This document shows, piece after piece, positions 8,763 to 17,995 of a stretch of 64,000 nucleotides of DNA. Origin of the DNA: an uncultured Gemmatimonadales bacterium (GTDB lineage Bacteria > Gemmatimonadota > Gemmatimonadetes > Gemmatimonadales > GWC2-71-9). Position 1 is the first letter of the stretch, and each line of letters starts with the position of its first letter. Under the pieces are notes generated by a model that was given only the letters and a program-made list of their open reading frames with translations, was not told the DNA's origin and searched no databases. Where the stretch lies: assembly GCA_963779755.1 (NCBI GenBank), contig CAVZZO010000003.1, positions 1,568,001 through 1,632,000 on the forward strand, written 5' to 3'. The position numbers and the translations under genes are program-made.

Positions 8763-11150
8763 CGCTGACGGAGCCGCTGGTCCTGCGCCCGGACGTGCTG
8801 ATCATCCCGGTGCCCCGGCTCCCGGACCGGATTCGGCGGCAGATCCAGGCCGACCCTTCCGAATTTGCCGTGACTCTGCGCCACGGACGGGGTGGCTCGC
8901 GCGTGGTGACGGCCGAGACCGCCCGGCTGCTGGAAGGTTTCCGGTCGCCCAGCCGCGTGGTCGAGGTCGTCCTGCGGTACAGCAGGGAGCAGGGAGTGCC
9001 ACCCGATCGGTTGCTCGCCGACGTCTTTCCCGTTGTGAGCGACTGTTTCAACCAGCGATTTCTGGTTCCGGCCGCTTCGCCCGATGCCCGCCGCATCGAG
9101 CCGCTGCTGGCAAGCGGCGCGCGGGTGGCCGGCTGCGAGATCCGCCGGCTGGTTCATCTGCTGGAGGACACCGAGGTCTACCAGGGGCTCGCTTCCTCGG
9201 GCCGGGCCGTGGCCGTCAAGCTGGCCCGGTCCGGCTCGCGTGTCGTACGCGAGGCGTTTCGGCGCGAGGCCACCGTCCTGCGCCGGCTCCGGGGAAGGGG
9301 CGCACCGCGGGTGCTCAGGGCCGCCAACCGGCAGGGGCGGCCCTGCCTGGTCCTCGAGTGGTGCGCCGGGGTGCCGCCCACCATCACCCCCGGGGGGCCG
9401 TCGTCCCCCGGCGAGCGGATGCGGCTGCTGCTGGCCATCCTCCGCCGCTACGCGCGGCTGCATGGCCTGGGCGTGCTCCACGGCGACGTCCATCCGGATA
9501 ACATCCTGGTTGACCGGCGCGGCGGGGCGACGCTGCTGGATTTCGGCCAGTCGGCCCTCACCCGGGGCCGGCCTCCCGTTGCGCCCGGCCCCCGGGGCGG
9601 TGTGGCCTGGTATCTCGATCCCGAGTATGCCGGGGCGCTTCTTCGCGGCGAGCCGGATCCGCCGCTCACCGCCGCGGCGGAGCAGTACAGCCTGGCCGCC
9701 CTCGCCTATCGCCTGCTCACCGGCGACCACTACCTGGAGTTCGGGCTGGAGCGCCCGGTGCTGCTCCGCCAGATCGTGTCGGACGACCCGCTCCCCTTTG
9801 CCCGCCGCGGCACCGAGCCCTGGCCCGCGGTGGAAGCGGTGCTCGAGCGGGCGCTGGCCAAGGATCCGGGTGCCCGCTACCGGTCGGTCGCGGCATTCGC
9901 CCGGGCACTCCGCGCGGCCGCCGCTCGCCCGCGACCGGGCGGGCGGGTCCCCAGGAAGGAGGGGGCCGAACTGGAACATGCCGTTCGGCAAACCATTGAC
10001 CTGCTGGACCCGTCTGCCGCGCTCTTCGGCGGCGCGCTGGAGGCGCCTTCCTGTTCGGTGTGCTATGGATCGGCCGGGATCGCCTTCGCGCTCTACCGCT
10101 TCGCCTCGATGCGCCAGAGCCCGGCGTTGCTGGCCGCCGCCGACAGCTGGCTCACCCGCGCCGAGCGGGAGAGCGGCCACCCGGGCGCGTGGCACAACCC
10201 GGCGATCGACATGGGCGCCGGCGACGTGGGCCCGATCTCGCTTCTCAACACGCCCGCCGGGCTGCATCTGGTCCGGGCCCACCTGGCTCAGGCCGTGGGA
10301 GACCAGGAGGAGCTGACCCGGGCGGTCGAGCGGTTTCTCGACGCGTCCAGCACCCCCTGCGACAGGCTCGACCTCTTCCTCGGCCGGGCCGGCACGCTGC
10401 TGGGCATCGTTCTGCTGCTCGAGTTGCTGCCGGAGGGGGCAACCGCCGCCGCGGCCAGCCTGCGGAACGCGGGCACGGAAGCGAGTAGATTTCTCCGGGA
10501 CCATATCAATGCACTGCCGGTGCCCGGTGCCACCGGCGGCTTCAGCACCCTGGGCATGGCTCACGGATGGGCGGGCCTGCTCTACGCGCTGCTCTGCTGG
10601 CAGCGGGTCTCGGGGACCGCGCCACCGGCCTGGCTGGACCCGCGCCTGACCGCAACTGGCGGCTCTGGCCGAGCCGGTGGGACGGGGTCTGGGGTGGGTC
10701 AATGCCCTGCCGGCGGGGAACGAGGCCGCGGCGCCGGCAGCGGGCTGGTGCAAGGGAGCCGCGGGGTTCGTGCATCTCTGGCTGGAGTCCCATCGTAGCG
10801 GTGGGAACCGGGATCACCTCCGGCTGGCGGAGGCGAGCGGATGGACTGCCTGGGAGGCGGCCGAGCCGATGTCCAATCTCTGTTGCGGCGTCGCCGGCCG
10901 CGGATATGCCCTGCTGCGGCTGTACCGGCACACCGGATCGCCGGTGTGGCTGGAGCGCGCCCGGCGCCTCACCCTGCATGCGGTACGATCGCTGCGCCAC
11001 ACGGCGCGCGACCCCCAGGCCATGAGCCTCTACAAGCATTGGCTGGGGATCGCGCTGCTGGCGGCCGACCTGCAACGACCCGAACAGGCCTGCATGCCGC
11101 TGTTCGAGAGCGAAGGCTGGCCCGTCTCCGCCCCGGGAACCCATGGCTGA
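8759..11150 (+). CDS. Lanthionine synthetase: RRE-like N-terminus, Ser/Thr kinase and LanC cyclase, with a +1 frameshift near 10650
   Basis: Kinase motifs VAVK, HGDVHPDN, DFG. LanC motifs YGSAG, LGRAG, GMAHGWAG, and after the frameshift WCKGAAG and LCCGVAG. Confidence 0.85.
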
Positions 11151-14100
11151 TCTGAGGACCCTGCTGCAGGCCTCGCTCGAGGGCCGCTATCAGGTGGAGC
11201 GGCAGCTTGGTCGTGGCGGCATGGCCATGGTCTACCTTGCCCGCGACCTGCGCCACGACCGCCGGGTTGCCATCAAGGTGCTGCTCCCGGAGCTGGCGGC
11301 CGGCATCAGCGCCGAGCGGTTTGCCCGCGAGATCCGGGTGGCGGCGAACCTGAGCCATCCCAACATTCTGCCGCTGTACGATTCCGGCCTGCTGCAGTTA
11401 CCCATGGCCGAAGGTCAAAGGTCGAGGATCGGAGGGGAGGCTTCGGACTTCGAGAGGACGCCGCTGGCCGTCCCCTACTACGTCATGCCCTACGTGGAGG
11501 GTGAATCGCTGGCGCAGCGGCTCCACCGGGAAAGCCAGCTCCCCATCGAAGAGGCGCTGGAGATCGCCGAACAGGTCGCCGCCGCGCTGGCGGCGGCGCA
11601 CGAACAGGGCGTCATCCACCGCGATATCAAGCCGGAAAACATTCTGCTCTCGGGCGGCCGCGCCATGGTGGCCGACTTCGGGATCGCCCGGCCGGTGAGC
11701 GCCGAGGAGACCGCGCGGCTCACCGACACCGGACTCATCGTGGGCACGCCGGAGTACATGAGTCCCGAGCAGATTGCGGGCGACCCCCGGCTGGACAGCC
11801 GCAGCGACATCTACAGCCTGGCCTGCGTGGTGTACGAGATGCTGGTGGGGGAGCCGCCGTTCACCGGGCCCACGCCCCAGAGCATCCTGGCGCGCCATAC
11901 GCTGGAACGGGTCCACAGCATGCGCAACGTGCGCGACACCATTCCGGAGTCGGTCGAGCTCGCCGTGGCGCGCGGGATGGCCAAGGCCCCGGTGGACCGG
12001 TTCCGTACCGCCGCCGATTTTGCGCGTGCGTTGCGCGCCCCCGCCCCCCCGCCGACCCGGGAATATCCCGCTCTCGCTCCCGGCCGGCCTCGCGCGCGCT
12101 GGATGCTGGCGGCGGCCCTCACGGTATTGGTCCTGGTCGCCGTGGCGATCGGCTACCGTCTCCGGGACCGCCCGCCGCGGCCCCTCGCGCTGGATCCTGC
12201 CCGAGTGGCGGTTCTCCCCTTCCGGATCACCGGCACGGACGACAGCGCCTCACGGCTGCTGGCGCGGAGCGCGAGCGATCTTCTGGCCCAGCGGCTGCCC
12301 GGTGGTGGCGGTCCCGCGGCGGTGGATCCCGGCACCGTGAGCGGCGCGCTCAACCGCCTCCCGGCGCCGGACCGCGCGGCCCTCACCCCGACCATCGCGA
12401 GCCGGGTCGCGGGCATGGTGGGCGCGGGACAGGTTCTGCTGGGCGATCTCTGGACCGGCGACGGCCGGGTCGTGCTGAATGCCACCCTGCTGGACGCCCG
12501 CAACCAGCAGCCGATCACCCGGGTAGAGAACGTGCGGGGCCCGCCGGACAGCCTGTCGTCGCTGCTGGATCGTTTCACCACCGAGCTGCTGGTGCGTGCC
12601 GCGGGCGAAGCCGACCGGCTGCCGGAACTGCTCGGCCATCCGCTGCCGGCCTTGCGCGCCTACCTGGGAGGCACACTGGCCTATGCCGGCGGCAGGTTCT
12701 CCGAGGCCGCCGACCGCTACATGGCCGCCTTGCAAGCCGATCCCTCGCTGGCGGCCGCCACCCTGGGGCTTGCCTCGCTCTCTACCCTGGAGAAGGTGGA
12801 CGCCTGGCGGGACTCCGCCTGGCGGCGGCGGTCGGAGCTCATGCCGGCAGACCGGGCCTACCTCGCGGCCCTGGTGGGCCCGCGCTATCCCCGGGAATCG
12901 TCCGTAGCCGAGCGGTTGGCCGCCTGGGAGAAGGTGGTGGCGGCCGACCCCAACCACTGGGAGCGCTGGTACCAGCTGGGCGAACTGCTCTACCATTCCG
13001 GCCCGCTGCTCGGCGTGCCCGGGATCCACGAGCGGGCCGGGGCCGCATTCCGCCGGACCCTGGACCTGGCCCCCCGCTTCGTGCCGGCCCTGGGGCACCT
13101 GCTGGACCTGGCCGCGAGCGACACCGACACCGCCCAGGTGCGAGCCCTGGGCACGCGGTACCTCGCGCTGGACTCGGTGGGCGACCTGGCCGACTACTAC
13201 CGCTGGCGCATCGCCGTAGCGCTGGGCGACAGCCTCGCGCTGGCGCGGCTGCGCGGCCGCTTCAGCGACCTGAGCGTCGCCACGCTCGACCGCATCATCG
13301 AGATGTCCCAGCTGGACGGGGTCGCCCTGAGCGATGCCGTGCGGGCCGCGCAGGCACTGCGCAGCGGAAGCGGCCTGAGCGGCGACACCCGCGTGGCGTT
13401 CATGAAGCTGCAGGAGATCGCGCTCAACCGGGGACGACCGAAAGAAGCCGCCGACCTGTCCCGCCAGCAGACCTCTGAAATTTCCATCCGGCCGCGGGAC
13501 CGGTTCACGTCGGTGGCGGATGCGCTCTACTGGGGCGCGGACACGGTCCAGGCCGCGCGGCTGGTCCAGCAGTCGGCCGCGATCGCCGATGCGCCGGCAC
13601 GCCCCGGCGAGCCGGACAGCTCCGACGCCTACTTCGACGTGTGCGCCACCGGGCTCTGGCGCGCAGCGCGGGGAGAGATGGCTACCCTGCCCCGCCTCAT
13701 CACACGGCTACGCCGGGTCGCTCACCCCTTCGACCAGTTCCAGACGGGCTACATCGGCCTCTGCGCCGAAGTGCTGGAGACCCAACTCGCCTCCTCCCTC
13801 CGCCGGCCCGACCTTCCGGTGCTGGTGAACCGGCTGGACAGCCTCATGCGCACCGGACCGCCCTCGATTACCTGGATGCTGGTGGGGTCGAACCTGACGG
13901 TGGCGCGGTTGCGCGAGGCCCAGGGCGACTATCCCGCCGCGCTGGCCGCCACCCGGCGGCGGATCTACGTGACCGACCTGGGAGAAATCCGGATCCTGGT
14001 GGGGCTTTCATCCTTCCTGCGGGAGGAAGGCCGGCTCGCCGTCCTGGCGGGCGACACCACCGCGGCGGTGAGCGCCTACAGTCACTATCTGGCGTTGCGG

Positions 14101-14190
14101 GACGATCCGGAGCCGGGGGTGAAGCCGGAGGTGGAGAAGGTGCGGGCGGCCTACCTCGCCCTTGAAAAAGGACTGGGAGAAAAGGACTGA
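11143..14190 (+). CDS. Hanks-type Ser/Thr kinase with TM helix and TolB_N/TPR-like extracytoplasmic region
   Basis: LGRGGMAMVY, VAIK, HRDIKPEN, DFG, GTPEYMSPEQ; TM segment; VAVLPF motif. Confidence 0.9.
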   Translation: MADLRTLLQASLEGRYQVERQLGRGGMAMVYLARDLRHDRRVAIKVLLPELAAGISAERFAREIRVAANLSHPNILPLYDSGLLQLPMAEGQRSRIGGEASDFERTPLAVPYYVMPYVEGESLAQRLHRESQLPIEEALEIAEQVAAALAAAHEQGVIHRDIKPENILLSGGRAMVADFGIARPVSAEETARLTDTGLIVGTPEYMSPEQIAGDPRLDSRSDIYSLACVVYEMLVGEPPFTGPTPQSILARHTLERVHSMRNVRDTIPESVELAVARGMAKAPVDRFRTAADFARALRAPAPPPTREYPALAPGRPRARWMLAAALTVLVLVAVAIGYRLRDRPPRPLALDPARVAVLPFRITGTDDSASRLLARSASDLLAQRLPGGGGPAAVDPGTVSGALNRLPAPDRAALTPTIASRVAGMVGAGQVLLGDLWTGDGRVVLNATLLDARNQQPITRVENVRGPPDSLSSLLDRFTTELLVRAAGEADRLPELLGHPLPALRAYLGGTLAYAGGRFSEAADRYMAALQADPSLAAATLGLASLSTLEKVDAWRDSAWRRRSELMPADRAYLAALVGPRYPRESSVAERLAAWEKVVAADPNHWERWYQLGELLYHSGPLLGVPGIHERAGAAFRRTLDLAPRFVPALGHLLDLAASDTDTAQVRALGTRYLALDSVGDLADYYRWRIAVALGDSLALARLRGRFSDLSVATLDRIIEMSQLDGVALSDAVRAAQALRSGSGLSGDTRVAFMKLQEIALNRGRPKEAADLSRQQTSEISIRPRDRFTSVADALYWGADTVQAARLVQQSAAIADAPARPGEPDSSDAYFDVCATGLWRAARGEMATLPRLITRLRRVAHPFDQFQTGYIGLCAEVLETQLASSLRRPDLPVLVNRLDSLMRTGPPSITWMLVGSNLTVARLREAQGDYPAALAATRRRIYVTDLGEIRILVGLSSFLREEGRLAVLAGDTTAAVSAYSHYLALRDDPEPGVKPEVEKVRAAYLALEKGLGEKD

Positions 14191-14246
14191 GAGAAAAGGG
14201 GCCCACCTGTGGCTCTTTTCTCTCAGTCCCTTCTTCTTTTCTCTCC

Positions 14247-16049
14247 TTAGTAATCCACCGGCCTCAGATAGTACTCTCCGATCGCCGTCTGGCTCAGCAT
14301 CGCCACCGTGGGCAGGCGCCGTTTCCAGTGGGTGGATTCCAGGCGTTTACGCACCAGTGCCACCTCGGCTTCGCTGTAGCCCAGCCGGGTGACCTCCTCC
14401 GGGGTATAGCCCTGGAGCAGCAGGTGGAGGATGTGGTCGGCTTTGGGGTAGGAGATGCCCAGGTCGCCCTCGTCGGTCTGGCCGTGAATCAGGTCGGCGC
14501 TGGCGGGCTTGTCCACGATCACCTCCGGCACGCCCACGTGCCGGGCCAGCGCCCAGACCTGGCTCTTGAAGAGATCGCCGATGGGATTGACCGGCGGCGA
14601 GTCGTCGGCGTGCCAGGTGAAATAGCCGAAGAGCCGCTCCGTCTTGTTGCCGGTGCCCAGCGGCAGCGCCTTCCGGGCAGCCGAGAGATCGAACAGCACG
14701 ATCATCCGGGTGCGGGCCATCACGTTGCCCCGGCGGGTATCGTCGCTGCCGCCCACCGCCTCGACCAGCCCGTCCACCGCCGCACTGATCTCCACCGTGC
14801 ATCCCTCGATGCCGAGCTGGTCGATCACCAGCTGCGCATGGCTCATGCTCTCGGGACTGCTGGTACGATAGGGCATCCGCACGCCGATCACGTTCTCCGC
14901 CCCCAGGGCTTCGGCCGCCAGGAAGGCCACCAGGCTGCTGTCCACGCCGCCCGAGAGGCCGACGATTGCCTTGTCGAACCCGCGCCGCCGCGGCAGCTCG
15001 TCGCGGATGAACTCCACCAGCCAGCGGCGGGTGAGGGCGGGGTCGATGGCGAGGGGATCGGACAGACGGTCGGGCGGACGGGCGGACGGGCGGTCGGCTG
15101 ATTTATTCCGGGGCGACGCATTGGGAGGTGCAGAGGCTATCTGGCCGTTCTCGGAAACGCCCTCACCGGCCGCCTGTCCGCCCGACCGCCCGACCGCCTG
15201 CAGCAGCCCCGGCAGCTTCACTTCCAGGTCCGACAGGAGCGGCGAATCGGCCCGGGCGCGGGTGATGTCGTCCAGATCGATGGTGACCGGCTCGAGCGCG
15301 CTCTGGAACAGCGGCAGCTCGGCCAGCAATTCGCCCCGGGGGTTCACCAGAATGGACCCGCCGGCAAAGCCCTTGCCGCCCTCGAAGCCCACCAGCTGCA
15401 CCAGCGCCACGAAGACGCCGTGCTCCTCCGCGATCCCTTTGGCCAGTCGTTCCCAGCGCTGGAGATTATCGGGCCGGCCCCGCGCCTCCGGGCTGATGCC
15501 GCGGCCCGGTGTGGCGCTGGGGATGATGATCATCTGGGCGCCGTCGAGCGCGGCCAGGGTGGCAGTGAGCGAATGCCAGGCATCCTCGCAGATCAGCATC
15601 GCGGCTCGGCCCCAGCGGGTGTCGAACGCCTGAACCGAGCGGCCCGGCTCAACGAACCGCTCCTCGTCGAACACTCCGTAGGTGGGGAGAAATACCTTGC
15701 GGTGGATATGCCGGATTCCGGCCTGGTCGCCCCCCAGCGTGGCGTAGAGCGAAGAATTGTGGAGCCGGTTCTGCCACACTTCGTAGAACCCGATCGCGAT
15801 ATCCAGCGGCGGCCCGGCGGCCTCGCCGTGGACCCGGCTCAGATCCTGGTAGAACTCCTCGGCGGGAAGCGCCAGCTCGCGCACGCCACCCTCGAGGAAA
15901 TACCCGGTGAGGGCCGACTCGGGCGCCAGCAGCAGGTCGGGGGCCTCGGGCCAGCCGGCCACCTCGCGGAAGACCGCGCCGAGTTGCGCCAGGTTATCGC
16001 GGTAGGCAGCCTTCCGGGGATGGAGCTGCGCGAGGGCAAGGCGGAGCAT
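14247..16049 (-). CDS. nadE: Glutamine-dependent NAD+ synthetase
   Basis: CN-hydrolase domain (PES, RKVFLPTY, ICEDAW) plus synthetase (GLSGGVDS, NVMARTRM, GNKTE, KPASADL). Start at ATG 16049. Confidence 0.93.
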   Translation of the reverse strand: MLRLALAQLHPRKAAYRDNLAQLGAVFREVAGWPEAPDLLLAPESALTGYFLEGGVRELALPAEEFYQDLSRVHGEAAGPPLDIAIGFYEVWQNRLHNSSLYATLGGDQAGIRHIHRKVFLPTYGVFDEERFVEPGRSVQAFDTRWGRAAMLICEDAWHSLTATLAALDGAQMIIIPSATPGRGISPEARGRPDNLQRWERLAKGIAEEHGVFVALVQLVGFEGGKGFAGGSILVNPRGELLAELPLFQSALEPVTIDLDDITRARADSPLLSDLEVKLPGLLQAVGRSGGQAAGEGVSENGQIASAPPNASPRNKSADRPSARPPDRLSDPLAIDPALTRRWLVEFIRDELPRRRGFDKAIVGLSGGVDSSLVAFLAAEALGAENVIGVRMPYRTSSPESMSHAQLVIDQLGIEGCTVEISAAVDGLVEAVGGSDDTRRGNVMARTRMIVLFDLSAARKALPLGTGNKTERLFGYFTWHADDSPPVNPIGDLFKSQVWALARHVGVPEVIVDKPASADLIHGQTDEGDLGISYPKADHILHLLLQGYTPEEVTRLGYSEAEVALVRKRLESTHWKRRLPTVAMLSQTAIGEYYLRPVDY

Positions 16050-16080
16050 GGGGGAAGTATAAGGCGGGAAGGGCAGTAAG

Positions 16081-16150
16081 GGCGGTACGGCGGGACGGCG
16101 GGACGGCGGGACGGCGGGACGGCGGGACGGCGGGACGGCGGGACGGCGGT
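16081..16150. repeat. Octamer tandem array (GGCGGGAC)n, left arm of four-helix-bundle cassette 1
   Basis: GGCGGTAC followed by 7 x GGCGGGAC and a partial unit. Confidence 0.95.
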
Positions 16151-16162
16151 GGCTGTCAATGG

Positions 16163-16528
16163 TCAAGAGGATTTCGCAACCGACCGGTAGAGTCTCCAGG
16201 TCAGTTGGCCGGCACGATTCCGCAATTCATTGAGCTGTTCCCACTGCTTCACCTCGAGGTACCCGAGATCCCGGGCAAGACGAAGACAATAAGACAACTC
16301 GGACAGCGAACCGAGGGCGATATCCAGGTACCTGCGAAATTCCCGCGGGCCTTTCTTGGCACAGCCCTCGGCGATGTTCATCGGAGCAGAGAATGCGGCA
16401 CGGCGTGTCTGCGAAACCAGCCCGTAGAGCTCCGCCTTGGGCCATGTCCGGGTAGCCCCATAGACGGCCAGCGTGAGTTGGTGATTTACCTTCCAGGCTT
16501 CGAAGCGCTCGTAGGGTAGCATGGGCAT
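16163..16528 (-). CDS. Four helix bundle protein (23S rRNA IVP/Avd-like)
   Basis: FEAW, ELYGLVSQTRRAAFS, NIAEG and IALGSLSEL motifs. Confidence 0.92.
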   Translation of the reverse strand: MPMLPYERFEAWKVNHQLTLAVYGATRTWPKAELYGLVSQTRRAAFSAPMNIAEGCAKKGPREFRRYLDIALGSLSELSYCLRLARDLGYLEVKQWEQLNELRNRAGQLTWRLYRSVAKSS

Positions 16529-16575
16529 AACGTATCTCAGGTAAGGCTCAACCCAGCGTCAAATAGCCGGAGAAC

Positions 16576-16606
16576 TACCGCCGTACCGCCATACCGCCGT
16601 ACCGCC
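16576..16606. repeat. Octamer array (TACCGCCG)x~4, reverse complement of the 16081 array
   Basis: taccgccgtaccgccataccgccgtaccgcc; GTACCGCC is the reverse complement of GGCGGTAC. Confidence 0.9.
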
Positions 16607-16617
16607 TATTTTACGTC

Positions 16618-16986
16618 ATGCTCTGGTACATCGGCTTGGGCAGCGCGCTGGGGGGGATGGGCCGCTACCTGCTGAGCGGGCTGGTGCAGCGGGCCGGCGG
16701 GGCCGGGTTTCCCTCGGGCACTCTGGTGGTCAACATCCTCGGGTCGTTTCTCCTGGGGCTGTTGTTGCGGTACAGCCTGAGCGCTCCCATGGGGCCGAAC
16801 ATGCGCGCGGCGCTCACAGCCGGCTTCTGCGGCGGGTTCACCACCTTCTCCACCTTCAGCTACGAGACGGTGGAGCTGCTGCAGGACGGGCAGTGGGCCA
16901 AGGCGGGGACGTATGTCGGGCTGAGCCTGCTGGTGGGCCTGGCGGCGGTGTGGGCCGGGTTCCTGGTGGCGAGGGAGCTGGCGTGA
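16618..16986 (+). CDS. crcB: Fluoride efflux channel CrcB/FluC
   Basis: GGMGRY, GTLVVNILGSF and GFCGGFTTFSTF motifs. Confidence 0.95.
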   Translation: MLWYIGLGSALGGMGRYLLSGLVQRAGGAGFPSGTLVVNILGSFLLGLLLRYSLSAPMGPNMRAALTAGFCGGFTTFSTFSYETVELLQDGQWAKAGTYVGLSLLVGLAAVWAGFLVARELA

Positions 16987-16987
16987 T

Positions 16988-17092
16988 GGTGAGCGGTGAG
17001 CGGTGAGCGGTGAGCGGTGAGCGGTGAGCGGTGAGCGGTGAGCGGTGAGCGGTGAGCGGTGAGCGGTGAGCGGTGAGCGGTGAGCGGTGAGC
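16988..17092. repeat. Heptamer tandem array (GGTGAGC)x15, left arm of cassette 2
   Basis: Perfect 7-bp period over 105 bp. Confidence 0.95.
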
Positions 17093-17100
17093 GAATGTCG

Positions 17101-17451
17101 TTATTTCCAGCGATGGATCAATCCCAGAAGGAGCCGCTGGCTTCGGCGACACCGGTCCAGTAGCGGCAGGACCATCGCTTCCGGGACCAGTGACGCGTCG
17201 GACAGGAGTGGCAGCACATCGCCAGTTTCTATGGCTGAACCGTACGCGATTCGGAGATGGCGCCGGCAGGTCGGGCTCCTCATGAAGGCATAGCCCTCGG
17301 CGAGATTGAGCTGTACCGATAGAGAACTCCGCAGCCCCTGATCAAACAGGGGCCGTGCGAACGGCCTGGTATAGTTCCGGCTGAGCCCCAGCATTCCGAG
17401 AACGACGGCTCGGGCTTCCTGCCAGGCAACCAGCGAGGTATGGTCGCGCAT
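17101..17451 (-). CDS. Four helix bundle protein (IVP/Avd-like)
   Basis: LVAWQEA, DQGLRSSLSVQLNLAEG and IAYGSAIET motifs. Confidence 0.88.
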   Translation of the reverse strand: MRDHTSLVAWQEARAVVLGMLGLSRNYTRPFARPLFDQGLRSSLSVQLNLAEGYAFMRSPTCRRHLRIAYGSAIETGDVLPLLSDASLVPEAMVLPLLDRCRRSQRLLLGLIHRWK

Positions 17452-17545
17452 GAAGCAGGATACGGGAGCGACGGAAACCAGTCGTCATCCAGTAAGCGCG
17501 ATGAGGCACGCCGTTTCGCGCGACGGGCGGCTCTCGGCTTTCCCC

Positions 17546-17573
17546 CTCACCGCTCACCGCTCACCTCTCACCG
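17546..17573. repeat. Heptamer array (CTCACCG)x4, reverse complement of the 16988 array
   Basis: ctcaccgctcaccgctcacctctcaccg. Confidence 0.9.
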
Positions 17574-17583
17574 TCTCTTGCCC

Positions 17584-17943
17584 ATGCACGGCCTGACCGG
17601 CGAACGCGTCCTCATGCGCATCCACATCGGCGAGAACGACCGCGCCGGTGGGAAGCCGCTCTACGAGGCGATCGTAAACCTGCTGCGGCAGCGCGGCTTC
17701 GCGGGTGCCACCGTCTTCCGCGGCATCATGGGCTTCGGCGCAACCGCCCGGCTGCATACCGAGAAGGTCCTCCGCCTCTCCCTCGACCTGCCGCTGGTCA
17801 TCGAGTGCGTGGACACCCAGGAGAAGATCGACCAGATTCTCCCGGAGCTCGACGGCATGATCGGCGGCGGCCTGATCACGCTCGAACGGGCCCACGTGAT
17901 CATCTACCGGGGAGACAATGCCCAGGGGACAAAGGAGAAGTAG
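17584..17943 (+). CDS. DUF190 (PII-like) protein
   Basis: LMRIHIGE, GATVFRGIMGFG and LSLDLPLVIECVD motifs; this family is usually adjacent to crcB. Confidence 0.9.
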   Translation: MHGLTGERVLMRIHIGENDRAGGKPLYEAIVNLLRQRGFAGATVFRGIMGFGATARLHTEKVLRLSLDLPLVIECVDTQEKIDQILPELDGMIGGGLITLERAHVIIYRGDNAQGTKEK

Positions 17944-17995
17944 TTACTTTCCACCCCGTTCCCGTTTCCCTCTTCCACGACTCCCTTTTCTCCAC

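Noticed and set aside
8411..10753. Long antisense ORFs here and at 27650-29488, 33091-35031 and 35041-36906
   Set aside because: Typical high-GC shadow frames opposite well-supported genes.
16530..16617. Fluoride riboswitch upstream of crcB
   Set aside because: No GGCGATGG...CGCC consensus; the space is filled by a repeat arm and a -10-like hexamer.
16163..17451. Diversity-generating retroelement, suggested by the Avd-like proteins
   Set aside because: No reverse transcriptase and no TR/VR pair seen in the window.
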